Shown here: positions 21,633-32,645 of the stretch, piece after piece
How positions within the stretch are numbered: position 1 is the first letter of the stretch
Layout of the letters: each line of letters begins with the position of its first letter
NCBI GenBank assembly: GCA_002632265.1
Contig: NQOV01000007.1
Coordinates: forward strand, 143,823-207,822
Direction: 5' to 3'
Length of the DNA stretch: 64,000 nucleotides
Source of the DNA: Rhodospirillaceae bacterium MC!
GTDB taxonomy: Bacteria; Pseudomonadota; Alphaproteobacteria; MC1
Notes under the pieces: generated by a model
Seen by the model: the letters and a program-made list of their open reading frames with translations, nothing else
Database searches by the model: none
Told to the model about the DNA's origin: nothing
Position numbers and translations under genes: made by a program

Positions 21633-22652
21633 TTATACTTTATTAGGCAATTCGCCTGTGTCAAAAAATAAGTGTATATTATTTATAGTAGTTTTTGAAA
21701 TATTAAATAAAGCCTCTTTTGTGAAAAATGATTGGTGCGATGTCATAAGAACATTGCTCATACCTAATAAGCGTGCTAATACTTCATCTTTTACAACATT
21801 TTCGGTAGATGAACGATCTTCAAAGAAGTAAGCTGCCTCTTCTTCATAAACATCCAGACCCGCTGCTCCTACTTTGCCGTTAATTAAAGCTTGAACTAAA
21901 TCACGAGTATGAATCAAACTACCTCGGCTTGTATTAATTAAAATAACGCCTGTTTTCATACGGTTAATGGTTGATGAGTTGATTATGTATCTTGTGGTAG
22001 GCAGTAAAGGACAGTGTAGCGATATGACATCAGATAAAGGGAACAAGCTATCTAGATCCACATAGCTAAAGTTTTCCAATTTCTTTAGCTCTTCATTTTC
22101 ATAAACGTCATAGGCGATCACTTTCATACCTAAGCCGAGCATTAACTTAATGAAAGTAGCACCGATCTTACCAGTGCCGATAACTCCGCAAGTTTTTCCA
22201 TAAAGATCCATACCTAGGAAACCGTCAAGACTAAAATTAATCTCACGAGTACGGTTATAAGCTCGGTGGGTTTTGCGGTTAATTGTCATTAATAAAGCTA
22301 AAGCATGCTCTGCCACCGCATGGGGCGAATATTCTGGAACTCGAACAATGGGAATCTTATCGCCTAGATATTCAAGATCAACATTATTAAAGCCTGCACA
22401 ACGCATGGCGATCAGTTTAACGCCGTATTTTACTAGCTTATCGATTAATGGGGCGTTGATAATATCATTAACAAAAAAACATACCACATCCGAATCTTTG
22501 GCGAAACTTATGGTTTCTTCATTGGCGTGATCCTTAATGAAATGTAATTCCATATCTGGCGATACTGTTTTCTCTTTTACCAATTGAGCTAAGGCGTCCT
22601 TTAAAAAGGTTCTATCGTGGGGTTTAGTGTCGAAAATTGAGATGTTTATCAT
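21633..22652 (-). CDS. ldhA: D-lactate / 2-hydroxyacid dehydrogenase
   Basis: RCAGFNNVD, VPEYSPHAVAEH, GTGKIG, NTSRG, GLDVYEEE, TSHQ. Confidence 0.92.
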   Translation of the reverse strand: MINISIFDTKPHDRTFLKDALAQLVKEKTVSPDMELHFIKDHANEETISFAKDSDVVCFFVNDIINAPLIDKLVKYGVKLIAMRCAGFNNVDLEYLGDKIPIVRVPEYSPHAVAEHALALLMTINRKTHRAYNRTREINFSLDGFLGMDLYGKTCGVIGTGKIGATFIKLMLGLGMKVIAYDVYENEELKKLENFSYVDLDSLFPLSDVISLHCPLLPTTRYIINSSTINRMKTGVILINTSRGSLIHTRDLVQALINGKVGAAGLDVYEEEAAYFFEDRSSTENVVKDEVLARLLGMSNVLMTSHQSFFTKEALFNISKTTINNIHLFFDTGELPNKV

Positions 22653-22724
22653 TTTGTATTATCTTTATATATCTAAAGGTTAGTTGTATATTATAAGATA
22701 CAACTTATTTAACAAAAAGTCAAT

Positions 22725-22760
22725 AAAAATCCCAACAGAAATATATTTCCGTTGGGGAAT
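22725..22760 (-). terminator. Intrinsic terminator after oppA and the repeat array
   Basis: CCCAACAGAAAT-AT-ATTTCCGTTGGG hairpin followed by a T-tract on the minus strand. Confidence 0.6.
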
Positions 22761-22768
22761 TAAGTAAA

Positions 22769-23101
22769 GATCCGCAGGATTGGGAGAAATGAGCTAAGGT
22801 GTGCTTGTAATCGGTACGCCGTGTACTTAATGCTTACACTAGCCCTATTTCCAAGTGCATATTAGCCCACTTACCACGATCCGCAGGATTGGGAGAAATG
22901 GGCTAAGGTGTGCCTTTAATTAGGGCGACATGTACGACATGTTTACCTTAGCCCTAATTAAAGGTGCATATTAGCCCATTTATCACGATCCTATAGGATT
23001 GGGAGAAATGGGATAAGATGTGCTTGGAAATAGGGCGACGTGTACTCACGTCTACATAAGCCCTATTTCCAAGTGCAGATTAGCCCATTTATCACGATCC
23101 T
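22769..23101. repeat. Three tandem ~109-bp palindromic elements (subtype A)
   Basis: Units start at 22776, 22885 and 22995: AGGATTGGGAGAAATGGGCTAAG...TTAGCCCATTTATCACGATCC. Confidence 0.92.
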
Positions 23102-23110
23102 GCATGGTGT

Positions 23111-24736
23111 CTATTTTACGAAGTACATATAACGAACGGGGTGAGTATCTACGGCGTTGGAATAGTATCCTTTTAGTTTGGTAGATTTAAGGTTCTTAGA
23201 GATGTAGAAGTGAATAGGAATGATTGGCATATCTTTCATAAGCTGTCCTTCTGCTTTATAGAAGTAGTTGGCACGTTTTTTCATGTTTACTTCTGACGCT
23301 CCTAATTTCATATATTTGTTATATACAGGATTATTATAGCTTGAATAGTTATTTGATCCGCCGATTTTTCCGTATAGTAGGAATAGGAAATCATAGGCAT
23401 CGTTATAATCAGGCACCCACGCAGCACGACCGATTTCAAAGTGTTTACGTTCAAGATTATCATAGAGTGTTGTAGCGTCGGAGTTTGAAAGCTTAACTTT
23501 TACTCCTATTTTTTTCCAAAAGCTGGAAATTGCCACTAGTTCTTTTCTGTGTTCTGTATTTGTATTATAGCTAACGTTTACTTGTAGCGGATGAGCTTTG
23601 GAATAGCCAAGATCAGCCATGAATTTTTTAGCGGTAGCTAATCTTTTACTCATGGGCCATTTGCTCCAATACACTTTATTCGCCCCTGATATACCAGCTA
23701 GACCACTAGGTACGAAGTTATAAGCAGGGCTATAACCTTTTAGTACAGTTTTGATCAGCGTTTTACGGTTGATAGACATTGATAAGGCTTGTCTTAACTT
23801 CACTTGATCGTAAGGTTTTTTAAGCAAGTTAAAGCTTAGATATTCCACGCCTTGATAAGGAGCGATTATGGCAGTGCCTGGCATTTCCTTATTGTATAGA
23901 TCATATTTGGCGGTATCAAAGATATCTACCCAATCAACTTCGCCAGTTTTGAAACGTCTTGCCAAAGCCTCTTCGTCTTCTTGGGAATAGAAGACAACAT
24001 TTTTAATTTTAACGTTTTTAGCGTCATAGAAGTTTTCATCTTTAGTTAGATTAATTACAGTAAAGCCTTTACTTTTTACTACTTTGTAAGGACCATTGGA
24101 AACTATATGAGCGTCTCTCGACCATTGTTTACCATATTTTTCTACTACGTGTTTAGGGATGATACTTGCCACTTGGTGGGTTTGCAATCCTGCAAAAAAT
24201 GGGGTGGGATTAATTAAATCGAATTGGACAGTTAAATTATTAATTTTCTTTACGCCTAAAGCTGTTGTGGGCTTTTTGCCTGTGTTAACTTCTTTACCGT
24301 TTTTCACTAAGTACATGAAACTCGCATATTTAGATGCGGTTTTAGGATCCATTAAATGACGATAAGAGAATACTACATCATCGGCGGTTATTGGTTTACC
24401 GTCTGACCATTTTAAGCCTTTACGTAAATGAAAGACAAATATTCTACCGCCGTTTTTAGTTTCCCATTTGCTGGCAAGACCTGGAACAGTTTGACCCTTA
24501 GCGTTAATGGTGGTTAAGCCTAAAAATACATTAGTGGCTACCATACGTTCCCATGTACCATTCATTTGTTGTGGATCTAGCGTTTTTGGTAAACCTGAAT
24601 TCCCAATGTGTATGGTATCATTAAGATTACCACTAGAACGAGCATACGCACTTGAAGAAATCAGAGAGCTACTTAAGGTAAAAGCCCCGACTATCACACT
24701 TGATAGAATTAGCTTATTTATATATTTATTTTTCAT
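23111..24736 (-). CDS. oppA: Oligopeptide ABC transporter substrate-binding protein (orphan)
   Basis: Signal peptide; PKTLDPQ, LKWSDGKPITADD, VSNGPYK, RAAWVPDYND. Start at MKNKY. Confidence 0.9.
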   Translation of the reverse strand: MKNKYINKLILSSVIVGAFTLSSSLISSSAYARSSGNLNDTIHIGNSGLPKTLDPQQMNGTWERMVATNVFLGLTTINAKGQTVPGLASKWETKNGGRIFVFHLRKGLKWSDGKPITADDVVFSYRHLMDPKTASKYASFMYLVKNGKEVNTGKKPTTALGVKKINNLTVQFDLINPTPFFAGLQTHQVASIIPKHVVEKYGKQWSRDAHIVSNGPYKVVKSKGFTVINLTKDENFYDAKNVKIKNVVFYSQEDEEALARRFKTGEVDWVDIFDTAKYDLYNKEMPGTAIIAPYQGVEYLSFNLLKKPYDQVKLRQALSMSINRKTLIKTVLKGYSPAYNFVPSGLAGISGANKVYWSKWPMSKRLATAKKFMADLGYSKAHPLQVNVSYNTNTEHRKELVAISSFWKKIGVKVKLSNSDATTLYDNLERKHFEIGRAAWVPDYNDAYDFLFLLYGKIGGSNNYSSYNNPVYNKYMKLGASEVNMKKRANYFYKAEGQLMKDMPIIPIHFYISKNLKSTKLKGYYSNAVDTHPVRYMYFVK

Positions 24737-25028
24737 GATATTAAACCCTTTATAAAAAATTTTTATCTCAAGAAACACTTTAACACAGATTTTTTAATAA
24801 ATCAAGTATTTTATTTATAATTTTATATAAATCAGATAAAACTTACCTTTTAGATCAAGAAAATAACATGTTACCACTATAAAATATTTTTCTTATTCGT
24901 CATATCATACAAAAAAGCCTTAAATATAAAATTTAGATTGTGAAAGTTAAATAATTACCCAAATAACTCTTATGTTAAAGTTATTTTATCTTTACTTGAT
25001 TTTTTCTTGTCTGGTTTATTTTATTCTG

Positions 25029-25904
25029 TTATCTTGTTTTACATTCTAAAACAGCACAGCGAGGATTCTGGGAGATATCTTTTACTAGATAGCTAGAAAA
25101 ATCATACCTTAAAGCTAAAGCCTGCACGCTTTCCCATTGTTGCCACCCGATCTCTAAAACAAGACGCCCTTGGGCTTTAAGGAAGTTTCTTGCCTGTGAG
25201 ATGATGATTTCATAAGCTTGTAAGCCGTTATTTTTGGCATATAAGGCTTGTTTCGGCTCGAATTTTGCCACATTTTGAGCAATAAAAGGATCGCTTACAT
25301 CGATATACGGCGGATTCGAGACAATAAGATCAAACTTATCCACACAAGAATCCAATTCATCAAACCAGTTAGACTGAATAAATTTAACTCTATCTTCTAA
25401 ATTTAAGGATAGGGCGTTCTCTTGTGCTATGGCTAAAGTATCCGCTGATATATCTATGGCCATAGCTTGGGAGTTTTTATATTCATCAAGCAATGATAAT
25501 ATAATACAGCCTGATCCTGTTCCTAGATCTAAGATCTTGATATCTTGGGTTTTTGTGGGGTAAAGCTTAAGGATTTCCACCATTAAGGTTTCCGTATCTT
25601 GCCTTGGGATTAGGGTGTGTTCGTTAACCTTAAAGAAATTATTCCAAAAGAAAGCTTTACCGATAATATACGCAAGCGGTTTACCTGTAAAGCGTTGTTT
25701 TAGGCAGTTATTTAATCTCTCAACTTCATCAGATGTTAACAAACTATCCCCATGAAGTTTTATTTTACTAGGCGAATAACCCAAGAGATCTTCAAATATT
25801 ATCCGAGTCTCAAAAACAAACTCATGTATATTATTAGCCAATAAACACTCTTTAACTTGCTCATAAGCATACTTTAATTTACTATTGTCTTTTATAAGAT
25901 CCAT
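25029..25904 (-). CDS. prmC: Release factor glutamine methyltransferase
   Basis: TLIPRQDTE, LDLGTGSGCI, SNPPYI; downstream of prfA. Confidence 0.95.
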   Translation of the reverse strand: MDLIKDNSKLKYAYEQVKECLLANNIHEFVFETRIIFEDLLGYSPSKIKLHGDSLLTSDEVERLNNCLKQRFTGKPLAYIIGKAFFWNNFFKVNEHTLIPRQDTETLMVEILKLYPTKTQDIKILDLGTGSGCIILSLLDEYKNSQAMAIDISADTLAIAQENALSLNLEDRVKFIQSNWFDELDSCVDKFDLIVSNPPYIDVSDPFIAQNVAKFEPKQALYAKNNGLQAYEIIISQARNFLKAQGRLVLEIGWQQWESVQALALRYDFSSYLVKDISQNPRCAVLECKTR

Positions 25905-25941
25905 ACTTTATAAGATCCTTAACTATAACCATAAAAAGAAT

Positions 25942-26252
25942 TAAGATGTGCCTTAGGGCGACATGTACTCACGTCTACATAAGCCCTAAGATAAGATACA
26001 TATTAGTAGCCCACTCATCCACCACCGCAAGCCCTAGGATTGGGAGAAATGGGCTAAGATGTGCCTTAACTTAGGGCGACGTGTACTCACGTCTACATAA
26101 GCCCTAATTAAAGGTGCAGATTAGCCCATTTATCACGATCCTATAGGATTGGGAGAAATGGGATAAGATGTGCTTGTAAATAGGGCGACATGTACTCACG
26201 TCTACATAAGCCCTATTTCCAAGTGCAGATTATCCCATTTCTCTCAATCCTA
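25942..26252. repeat. One degenerate and two full 109-bp palindromic elements (subtype A) between prfA and prmC
   Basis: TAGGAT...ATCCTA units at 26035-26143 and 26144-26252; the terminal CTA is the prfA TAG stop. Confidence 0.92.
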
Positions 26253-27305
26253 TTCGAAGTCGGCGAGCTTGGATGCTTGATCTTCGGCTATTAGGGCGTC
26301 GAGCATTTCATTCATATCGCCGTTCATGAAAGAATCTAGAGTGTATAATGTGAGATTAATTCTGTGATCACTTATACGCCCTTGGGGAAAGTTGTAGGTT
26401 CTTATACGTTCGGATCTATCGCCTGATCCTACTTGTGATTTACGATTTTCGGCACGTGCTTTTTGTGAGTCTTGTAATTGCTGATCGTAAATTCTTGCTC
26501 TTAGCATTTTCATGGCTTTTTCACGGTTTTTTATTTGACTACGTTCATCTTGACACTGGGAAACTACACCAGTGGGCAAGTGAGTTATACGCACTGCTGA
26601 ATCTGTTGTGTTTACGTGCTGACCGCCTGCTCCTGATGACCTGTAAGTATCCACTCGCAGATCGGCAGGATTGATCTTGATGTCCACTTCTTCCACTTCT
26701 GGCAATACTGCTACGGTGGCCGCTGATGTGTGAATTCTGCCACTTGATTCGGTGGATGGCACACGCTGAACACGGTGAACGCCTGATTCAAACTTCAAAC
26801 GTCCAAACACGTCTTTTCCGCTGATTGAGACTACTACTTCTTTATATCCACCGATCCCGATTTCACTTGATTCGACAATTTCGCTTTTCCATCCTTGAGA
26901 ATTGCCGTATCTTTGATACATTTCACAGAGATCTGCTGCAAATAAGGCTGCTTCGTCGCCCCCTGTACCTGCTCGAATTTCAAGCATTGCGGATTTCTCA
27001 TCGGCTTTATCTTTGGGAATGAGAGAGACTTTTACTTCTTGTTCTAAGGTGGGGATGAGATCCTTTAATTCTAGAACTTCCATTTGTGCAAGTTCTTTCA
27101 TTTCGGGATCTTTGAGCATTTCTTGAGCGTCTGCATATGATTTGCGTGCGTCTGTAAGTTTGTTTACCACTTCCACCACAGGATTAAGATCCGCATATTC
27201 TTTGCTCATGGTTACAAAATCGCTACCGCCTGCACTTTCCGAAAGCAATACCGCCAATTCCTTATGACGTGCTACCACTGATTTTAATTTATCATCTAAA
27301 GACAT
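26250..27305 (-). CDS. prfA: Peptide chain release factor 1
   Basis: GGQ motif; PST tripeptide in [14 protein letters not shown]; RTYNFPQGR. Confidence 0.98.
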   Translation of the reverse strand: MSLDDKLKSVVARHKELAVLLSESAGGSDFVTMSKEYADLNPVVEVVNKLTDARKSYADAQEMLKDPEMKELAQMEVLELKDLIPTLEQEVKVSLIPKDKADEKSAMLEIRAGTGGDEAALFAADLCEMYQRYGNSQGWKSEIVESSEIGIGGYKEVVVSISGKDVFGRLKFESGVHRVQRVPSTESSGRIHTSAATVAVLPEVEEVDIKINPADLRVDTYRSSGAGGQHVNTTDSAVRITHLPTGVVSQCQDERSQIKNREKAMKMLRARIYDQQLQDSQKARAENRKSQVGSGDRSERIRTYNFPQGRISDHRINLTLYTLDSFMNGDMNEMLDALIAEDQASKLADFE

Positions 27306-27382
27306 CTTATTTAACTTTCAATTGTTTGTTATAATATCATATAATATAAAGAATTTTAATACATATGTAAACAAAATTCTTT

Positions 27383-28624
27383 TTATTTCTTTTGTAAATA
27401 GTTGGCAAGATCGCTTAAAGATACGGTTTCTTGTTCGCCTAAAGATAAATTTTTAACTGTGGCTTGCTTATTTTCCCATTCGTCATCGCCGATGATAATG
27501 GCATATTTAGCATTTAATTTATCGGCTCTTTTCATGCGTTTTTTCATATTTCCACCGTAGGCAAGATCAATATTAACTCCTGCATTTCGCAAATCATAGG
27601 CGATTGTAATGGCTTCATTTTCGCATTTTTCCCCTAAAGGAATGAGAGCGTGAATTTCAGGAGCTGACGAATCTAACGTGGTAAGCATGGCTAAACGCTC
27701 TACGCCACTCCCCCAACCAACGCACCCAGTGGGCTGACCGCCGAAACTTTCAATAATCCCGGTATAACGCCCACCACCGATTACCGTACCTTGCGATCCT
27801 AGATCATTACTTACGAATTCAAAGGCTGTATGCTGATAATAATCCAAGCCACGCACAAGTTTATTGTTGTGATTGAATTCTATCCCTGCTTTATTTAAGC
27901 CAGCCTTTACAATTTCATAAAATTCCTTTGATTGCTCATTTAGATAATCATACATCTTCGGAGCATTTTCAACTATTTTTTGATCTGTTTTATCTTTAGA
28001 ATCCAAAATACGTAGGGGGTTTGTTGTTAAACGATTCTTACTATCTTCGCTTAGATCGTTTTTGTATTCTTCTAGATACTCAACTAAGGCTTTACGATAC
28101 TCATCACGGCTTTCACTATCGCCTAAAGAGTTCAATTCTAGAGATATGTTCTTTAATCCCAATTTATCCAAGAGATTTTTAGCTAGTATGATAATTTCAA
28201 TATCCGCATTCGGGCTATCTGATCCGATGATCTCTGTCCCTATTTGATGAAATTGACGTTGTCGCCCCTTTTGTGGACGTTCATATCTAAACATCGCTCC
28301 AGTATATATACACTTATAAGGAGTGTTGTGAGCCATACCATGCTGGACAAAAGCACGAGAAACCGACGCCGTACCCTCTGGACGCAAAGACATTCTCTCG
28401 CCCCCACGATCTTCAAAGATATACATTTCCTTATTCACAACATCAGATGTTTCGCCCAAGTTACGAACGAAAACTTCCAACATCTCAAATATGGGCGTTT
28501 GGATCTCTTCAAAGCCGTACTTTTTACTTAGATCTAAAGCGGTATTGATAACATTTTTATGATTTCTCATTTCATCGCCAAATAAATCATGCGTCCCACG
28601 TGGTGTTTGAATTTTCTTAGACAT
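27383..28624 (-). CDS. hisS: Histidine--tRNA ligase
   Basis: LRPEGTA, FRYERPQKGRQRQF, LVRGLDYY, GGGRY. Confidence 0.98.
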   Translation of the reverse strand: MSKKIQTPRGTHDLFGDEMRNHKNVINTALDLSKKYGFEEIQTPIFEMLEVFVRNLGETSDVVNKEMYIFEDRGGERMSLRPEGTASVSRAFVQHGMAHNTPYKCIYTGAMFRYERPQKGRQRQFHQIGTEIIGSDSPNADIEIIILAKNLLDKLGLKNISLELNSLGDSESRDEYRKALVEYLEEYKNDLSEDSKNRLTTNPLRILDSKDKTDQKIVENAPKMYDYLNEQSKEFYEIVKAGLNKAGIEFNHNNKLVRGLDYYQHTAFEFVSNDLGSQGTVIGGGRYTGIIESFGGQPTGCVGWGSGVERLAMLTTLDSSAPEIHALIPLGEKCENEAITIAYDLRNAGVNIDLAYGGNMKKRMKRADKLNAKYAIIIGDDEWENKQATVKNLSLGEQETVSLSDLANYLQKK

Positions 28625-28645
28625 ATTATAATTCCTTATTCCTTA

Positions 28646-29743
28646 CTATTTGTTCTCAAGCTCATTGGCTTTTTGTTCTACTTCTTTTATGATCTGATCG
28701 ATCAGATCTTTTTCATGGATTTTTCTTGTGGTGTTACCGTCAAGATATAACATATGATTATCGGCATTTCCACCAGTGATCCCAATTTGCGTATATTTCG
28801 CCTCGCCCGGACCGTTGACCACACAGCCGATTATGGATATGGTAATATGCTCTTTAATGTGTGCCAATTCCTTTTCCAAGGTCTTGACTGTGGATATTAC
28901 ATCCAAGCCCTGCCTTGCACAGGTGGGACAGGATATGATTTGAATTCCACGATGGCGTAAATTTAAAGCACGCAATAGGGAATAAGCCACCTTCACTTCT
29001 TCCACAGGATCAGCAGAAAGAGAAACCCTAATAGTATCGCCGATCCCTTCTGATAGCAACATCCCCAAACCTGCCGAAGAAAGTACTGTGCCATGAAGTA
29101 AACTCCCTGCTTCGGTAATTCCCAAATGCAAGGGAAAATCCCCTTGTTTTGCCAACTGACGATAGGAATCCACCGCTAAAAACATATTACTGGCTTTCAC
29201 TGATATCTTAAAATCATGAAAATCTTCATCTTGAAGAAATTTAGCATGATTTAAAGCACTTTCTACCATAGCATCAGGACAAGGTTCTTTATATTTATCT
29301 AAAATGGATTTCTCTAAAGATCCTGCATTCACGCCGATTCGTATGGAACAATTGTGATCTCTTGCAGATTTCACAACTTCGGCAATACGTTCCCTACTTC
29401 CGATGTTCCCTGGATTAATTCGCAAGCACGACGCCCCAGCCTCGGCAGATTCTAAAGCTCTTTTATAATGGAAATGAATATCGGCAACAATGGGAACGCT
29501 AGTATTTTTTACGATATCTTTTAAGGCTTTTGTGGAATCTTCATCTGGGCAAGAAACTCTTACAATATCCGCTCCAGCCTCTTCCAATTCCAGTACTTGC
29601 CTTATGGTAGCTTGTGAATCGCTTGTTAAAGTATTAGTCATAGATTGCACCGCTATCACGTGATCGCTCCCAATTGGCACATTTCCAACCATGACAGATC
29701 TTGTTTTCCTACGCTTTATTTTATAGTCGTTATATATACTCAT
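28646..29743 (-). CDS. ispG: HMBPP synthase
   Basis: [42 protein letters not shown]. Confidence 0.98.
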   Translation of the reverse strand: MSIYNDYKIKRRKTRSVMVGNVPIGSDHVIAVQSMTNTLTSDSQATIRQVLELEEAGADIVRVSCPDEDSTKALKDIVKNTSVPIVADIHFHYKRALESAEAGASCLRINPGNIGSRERIAEVVKSARDHNCSIRIGVNAGSLEKSILDKYKEPCPDAMVESALNHAKFLQDEDFHDFKISVKASNMFLAVDSYRQLAKQGDFPLHLGITEAGSLLHGTVLSSAGLGMLLSEGIGDTIRVSLSADPVEEVKVAYSLLRALNLRHRGIQIISCPTCARQGLDVISTVKTLEKELAHIKEHITISIIGCVVNGPGEAKYTQIGITGGNADNHMLYLDGNTTRKIHEKDLIDQIIKEVEQKANELENK

Positions 29744-29920
29744 AAATTACTCTTTATTTTTACTCTTATTTATATTTATAGCTTTATTCCGATAACATTA
29801 TCTCTAATCGCTCAATTTTTTTCATATAAACATAAAAAATTAACAATTAACAATTATAATGATAGAATGAAGTTACAATTATACATTTACAATTCTAATA
29901 AGATTTAAACGGATTATACC

Positions 29921-30838
29921 ATGATGAACATAAAAATACCATCGAAAATTAATATTTATTTATTTTTTATTTTCTCTATGCTGATATCTAGTAATATATC
30001 TTACGCTGATAAGGATAAAATCGTTAATAATCTATCCTTAGAAAAGATGTTAAATCAATCACAAAGCACTAAAAACAACGTGAACAAACAAAATAGCACA
30101 GATCAAAATCAAACAAACCAGCAGAATCTAGGAACTCCCTCTCAATCACAAATTATGGTAGCATATACCATTAACATCCCCCAATTTATGCCAACAAAAT
30201 TACCGAATATGTATCCTTCAAGATCAAAAATTTCTAACCGTGTTGTCCAGATATCAGATGAAATAACATCTCTTGCAAAAACAACAAAAAAATTATACAA
30301 TCAAACCATAGAGAATCACGATAAAAACAATAAAGTATATACTAAATATCGCAAGATTATTGATAATATCAACGCTATTCTTGATACTGGAAACTCATTA
30401 CCTGGCGATCCCGAACTTACACAAAAGGTCAATGTGGCTTATCAGTTATTGGAAACTATCAAGCATAATTTATCTATTCTCCAAACTCTGAATATGGGGG
30501 TAAAACAACAAGTTGACATCAACGAATTTTTAGTGGCGTCCATAAAGCGAACTCAAAATATTGAAGTAGCTAACAATAACGATAAACTAAATTTAAAACG
30601 CTTGGCGAAAATTATTAGCCATAACACTTTGTATCTTAAGTATTTTAGAAATAACTTTCAAGAGATCATGACTAAACATCAATTATTAATTAGTAAAATA
30701 ACATCAGAACTTTCAAGAGTGAATGCAGGGGTAATCGCAGGGAAATCCATAAAAGTAATCTTCCAAGAAAACCAGCAGAAAATGGGGAAGATCAATGTAA
30801 AAATCATAAACGATCACTATATGCTTATAAAAGACTAA
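29921..30838 (+). CDS. Hypothetical exported helical protein
   Basis: Signal-peptide-like N-terminus (SYA-D); Q/N-rich linker; helical body. No family recognised. Confidence 0.65.
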   Translation: MMNIKIPSKINIYLFFIFSMLISSNISYADKDKIVNNLSLEKMLNQSQSTKNNVNKQNSTDQNQTNQQNLGTPSQSQIMVAYTINIPQFMPTKLPNMYPSRSKISNRVVQISDEITSLAKTTKKLYNQTIENHDKNNKVYTKYRKIIDNINAILDTGNSLPGDPELTQKVNVAYQLLETIKHNLSILQTLNMGVKQQVDINEFLVASIKRTQNIEVANNNDKLNLKRLAKIISHNTLYLKYFRNNFQEIMTKHQLLISKITSELSRVNAGVIAGKSIKVIFQENQQKMGKINVKIINDHYMLIKD

Positions 30839-30904
30839 CTTAAACTTAAGCTTATACTCATAACTTACTTAAATATATCAACCACTAAAATAAGAGAAAG
30901 ATCA

Positions 30905-31885
30905 ATGAATATATACGTACTAACTCTAGTTTCTGCTGAAAATACATTCTTAGATACAAAAATTATAGCAAACGCCCAACACTCTCTCCAAACCATTGCG
31001 AGCGTGAAAATTTTAGATACAAATTCCCTATCAAAAAAAGACTCTAGCGAAGACCCAAAAAAAGACCATACAAAAGAACGTGCAGTTGATATATTATTCT
31101 CAATTGATGAAGATAACATCCAAGAACTATCAAGCGTTAATCTGGAGAAAACCTTAGTGGATTATTGCATTCAACCATTTAAAGGACGCTTTAAGAAGTT
31201 ACTGGTTACCGATATGGATAAAACAGTAATCGATAACGAAACCATTGTCGAAATGATCACAGCCATGGGGCAAGGCGAAAAGGCTCAAGCCTTAATGAAT
31301 CAAGCAAAAAACAATGAAATAACCTACATGAAAGGGATCAAAGCAAGATCCAAACTGTTAACAGGCACTAAGGCAACACCATTATTTAAGCAACAATTGG
31401 CAACAATCAAATATATTAGCGGAGCTAAAACCCTAATCGCCACCCATAGATACTTAGGGGGAATTCCCTTTCTACTAACTGCAGGAGTGGAAGAATTCGC
31501 TCAAAAGGTGGTAAAAGAATTGGGATATAGTGGACACTATTCAAACTTCTTAAGCCGTGATGTGGAAGATAAATTCGACGGCTACGTCGATGGACCTGTA
31601 CTAAGTTCCGAACAAAAGGCCATGCTTTTGGGGGTATTGTGTAAAGAACAAGATATTGAGCTTGAAAATTCCTGTGCAATTGGCGACGGCATCAACGATA
31701 TCGGCATGATCGACGGTGCAGGCTTGGGCGTATCTTATAAATCTCCTGATAACGTACGCCAATACGCCAATGCAGAAATCAACGTCGGCAATCTTGAAAC
31801 ATTATTATTCTTCATGGGAATTGTCGAAGATAATTTCATCCATGATATTGACGAGCTAAAAGAAAAACGCAACACACAGAATTAA
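30905..31885 (+). CDS. serB: Phosphoserine phosphatase (HAD)
   Basis: KKLLVTDMDKTVIDNETI, AIGDGINDIGMI..AGLGV, LETLLFFMG. Confidence 0.8.
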   Translation: MNIYVLTLVSAENTFLDTKIIANAQHSLQTIASVKILDTNSLSKKDSSEDPKKDHTKERAVDILFSIDEDNIQELSSVNLEKTLVDYCIQPFKGRFKKLLVTDMDKTVIDNETIVEMITAMGQGEKAQALMNQAKNNEITYMKGIKARSKLLTGTKATPLFKQQLATIKYISGAKTLIATHRYLGGIPFLLTAGVEEFAQKVVKELGYSGHYSNFLSRDVEDKFDGYVDGPVLSSEQKAMLLGVLCKEQDIELENSCAIGDGINDIGMIDGAGLGVSYKSPDNVRQYANAEINVGNLETLLFFMGIVEDNFIHDIDELKEKRNTQN

Positions 31886-31929
31886 AGGGTAAAAACGCAA
31901 GAATTAAAAAGCAAGGATTAAGAATAAAA

Positions 31930-32634
31930 ATGCAATATGATGTAACGCTACTAAAAGGTAAGCTAATTAAACGCTATAAGAGATTTATGGCAGATATCGA
32001 ACTTGAAAATGGTTCTATCATTACCGCCCATTGTACCAATTCTGGAAGTATGAAAACGGTTTTAGAGATCGGAGCTACTGTCTATGTTTCGCCAGCAGAT
32101 AACCCCAAACGTAAATTAAAATATACTTGGGAAATGATCGAGCTAAATGGCCAGCTTGTGGGAATCAATACTTCAATTCCCAATAAGATCGGCTTTGAAG
32201 AAATATCAGCAAACAATATCCCAGAACTTGCAGGCTACGAAATCGTAAAAAAAGAAGTGAAATACGGTAAAAACAGCCGTATAGATATCTATCTAGAAGA
32301 TCCTAAACTTGGAATCCACTATGTGGAAATCAAAAACGTAACCCTATCATACGGCAACAACCTTGCCGAGTTCCCTGATTCCGTAACCACAAGAGGAACA
32401 AAACACTTACACGAGTTAATAGATATGGTAAAAGAAGGACATAAAGCAAGTATGTTATATATTATCCAACGTCAAGACTGCCACACCTTTACCACCGCAA
32501 AAACAATCGACCCCAACTATCACCAAGCCCTACTAGACGCAAAAAAAGCAGGCGTCAACATCCTCGCCTACGACTGCAAAATCACCCCCACCTCTATCAC
32601 TCTAAACAATAAAATAAACATCGACTTAACATAA
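31930..32634 (+). CDS. sfsA: DNA/RNA nuclease SfsA
   Basis: RYKRF, AHCTNSGSM, SRID..YVEIKNVTL, FPDSVTTRGTKHL. Confidence 0.96.
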   Translation: MQYDVTLLKGKLIKRYKRFMADIELENGSIITAHCTNSGSMKTVLEIGATVYVSPADNPKRKLKYTWEMIELNGQLVGINTSIPNKIGFEEISANNIPELAGYEIVKKEVKYGKNSRIDIYLEDPKLGIHYVEIKNVTLSYGNNLAEFPDSVTTRGTKHLHELIDMVKEGHKASMLYIIQRQDCHTFTTAKTIDPNYHQALLDAKKAGVNILAYDCKITPTSITLNNKINIDLT

Positions 32635-32645
32635 ACACCCTATCC

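Noticed and set aside
22769-23101. Integron attC sites or a CRISPR array
   Set aside because: No RYYYAAC/GTTRRRY ends, no cassettes or spacers between units, and no integrase; copies follow housekeeping genes.
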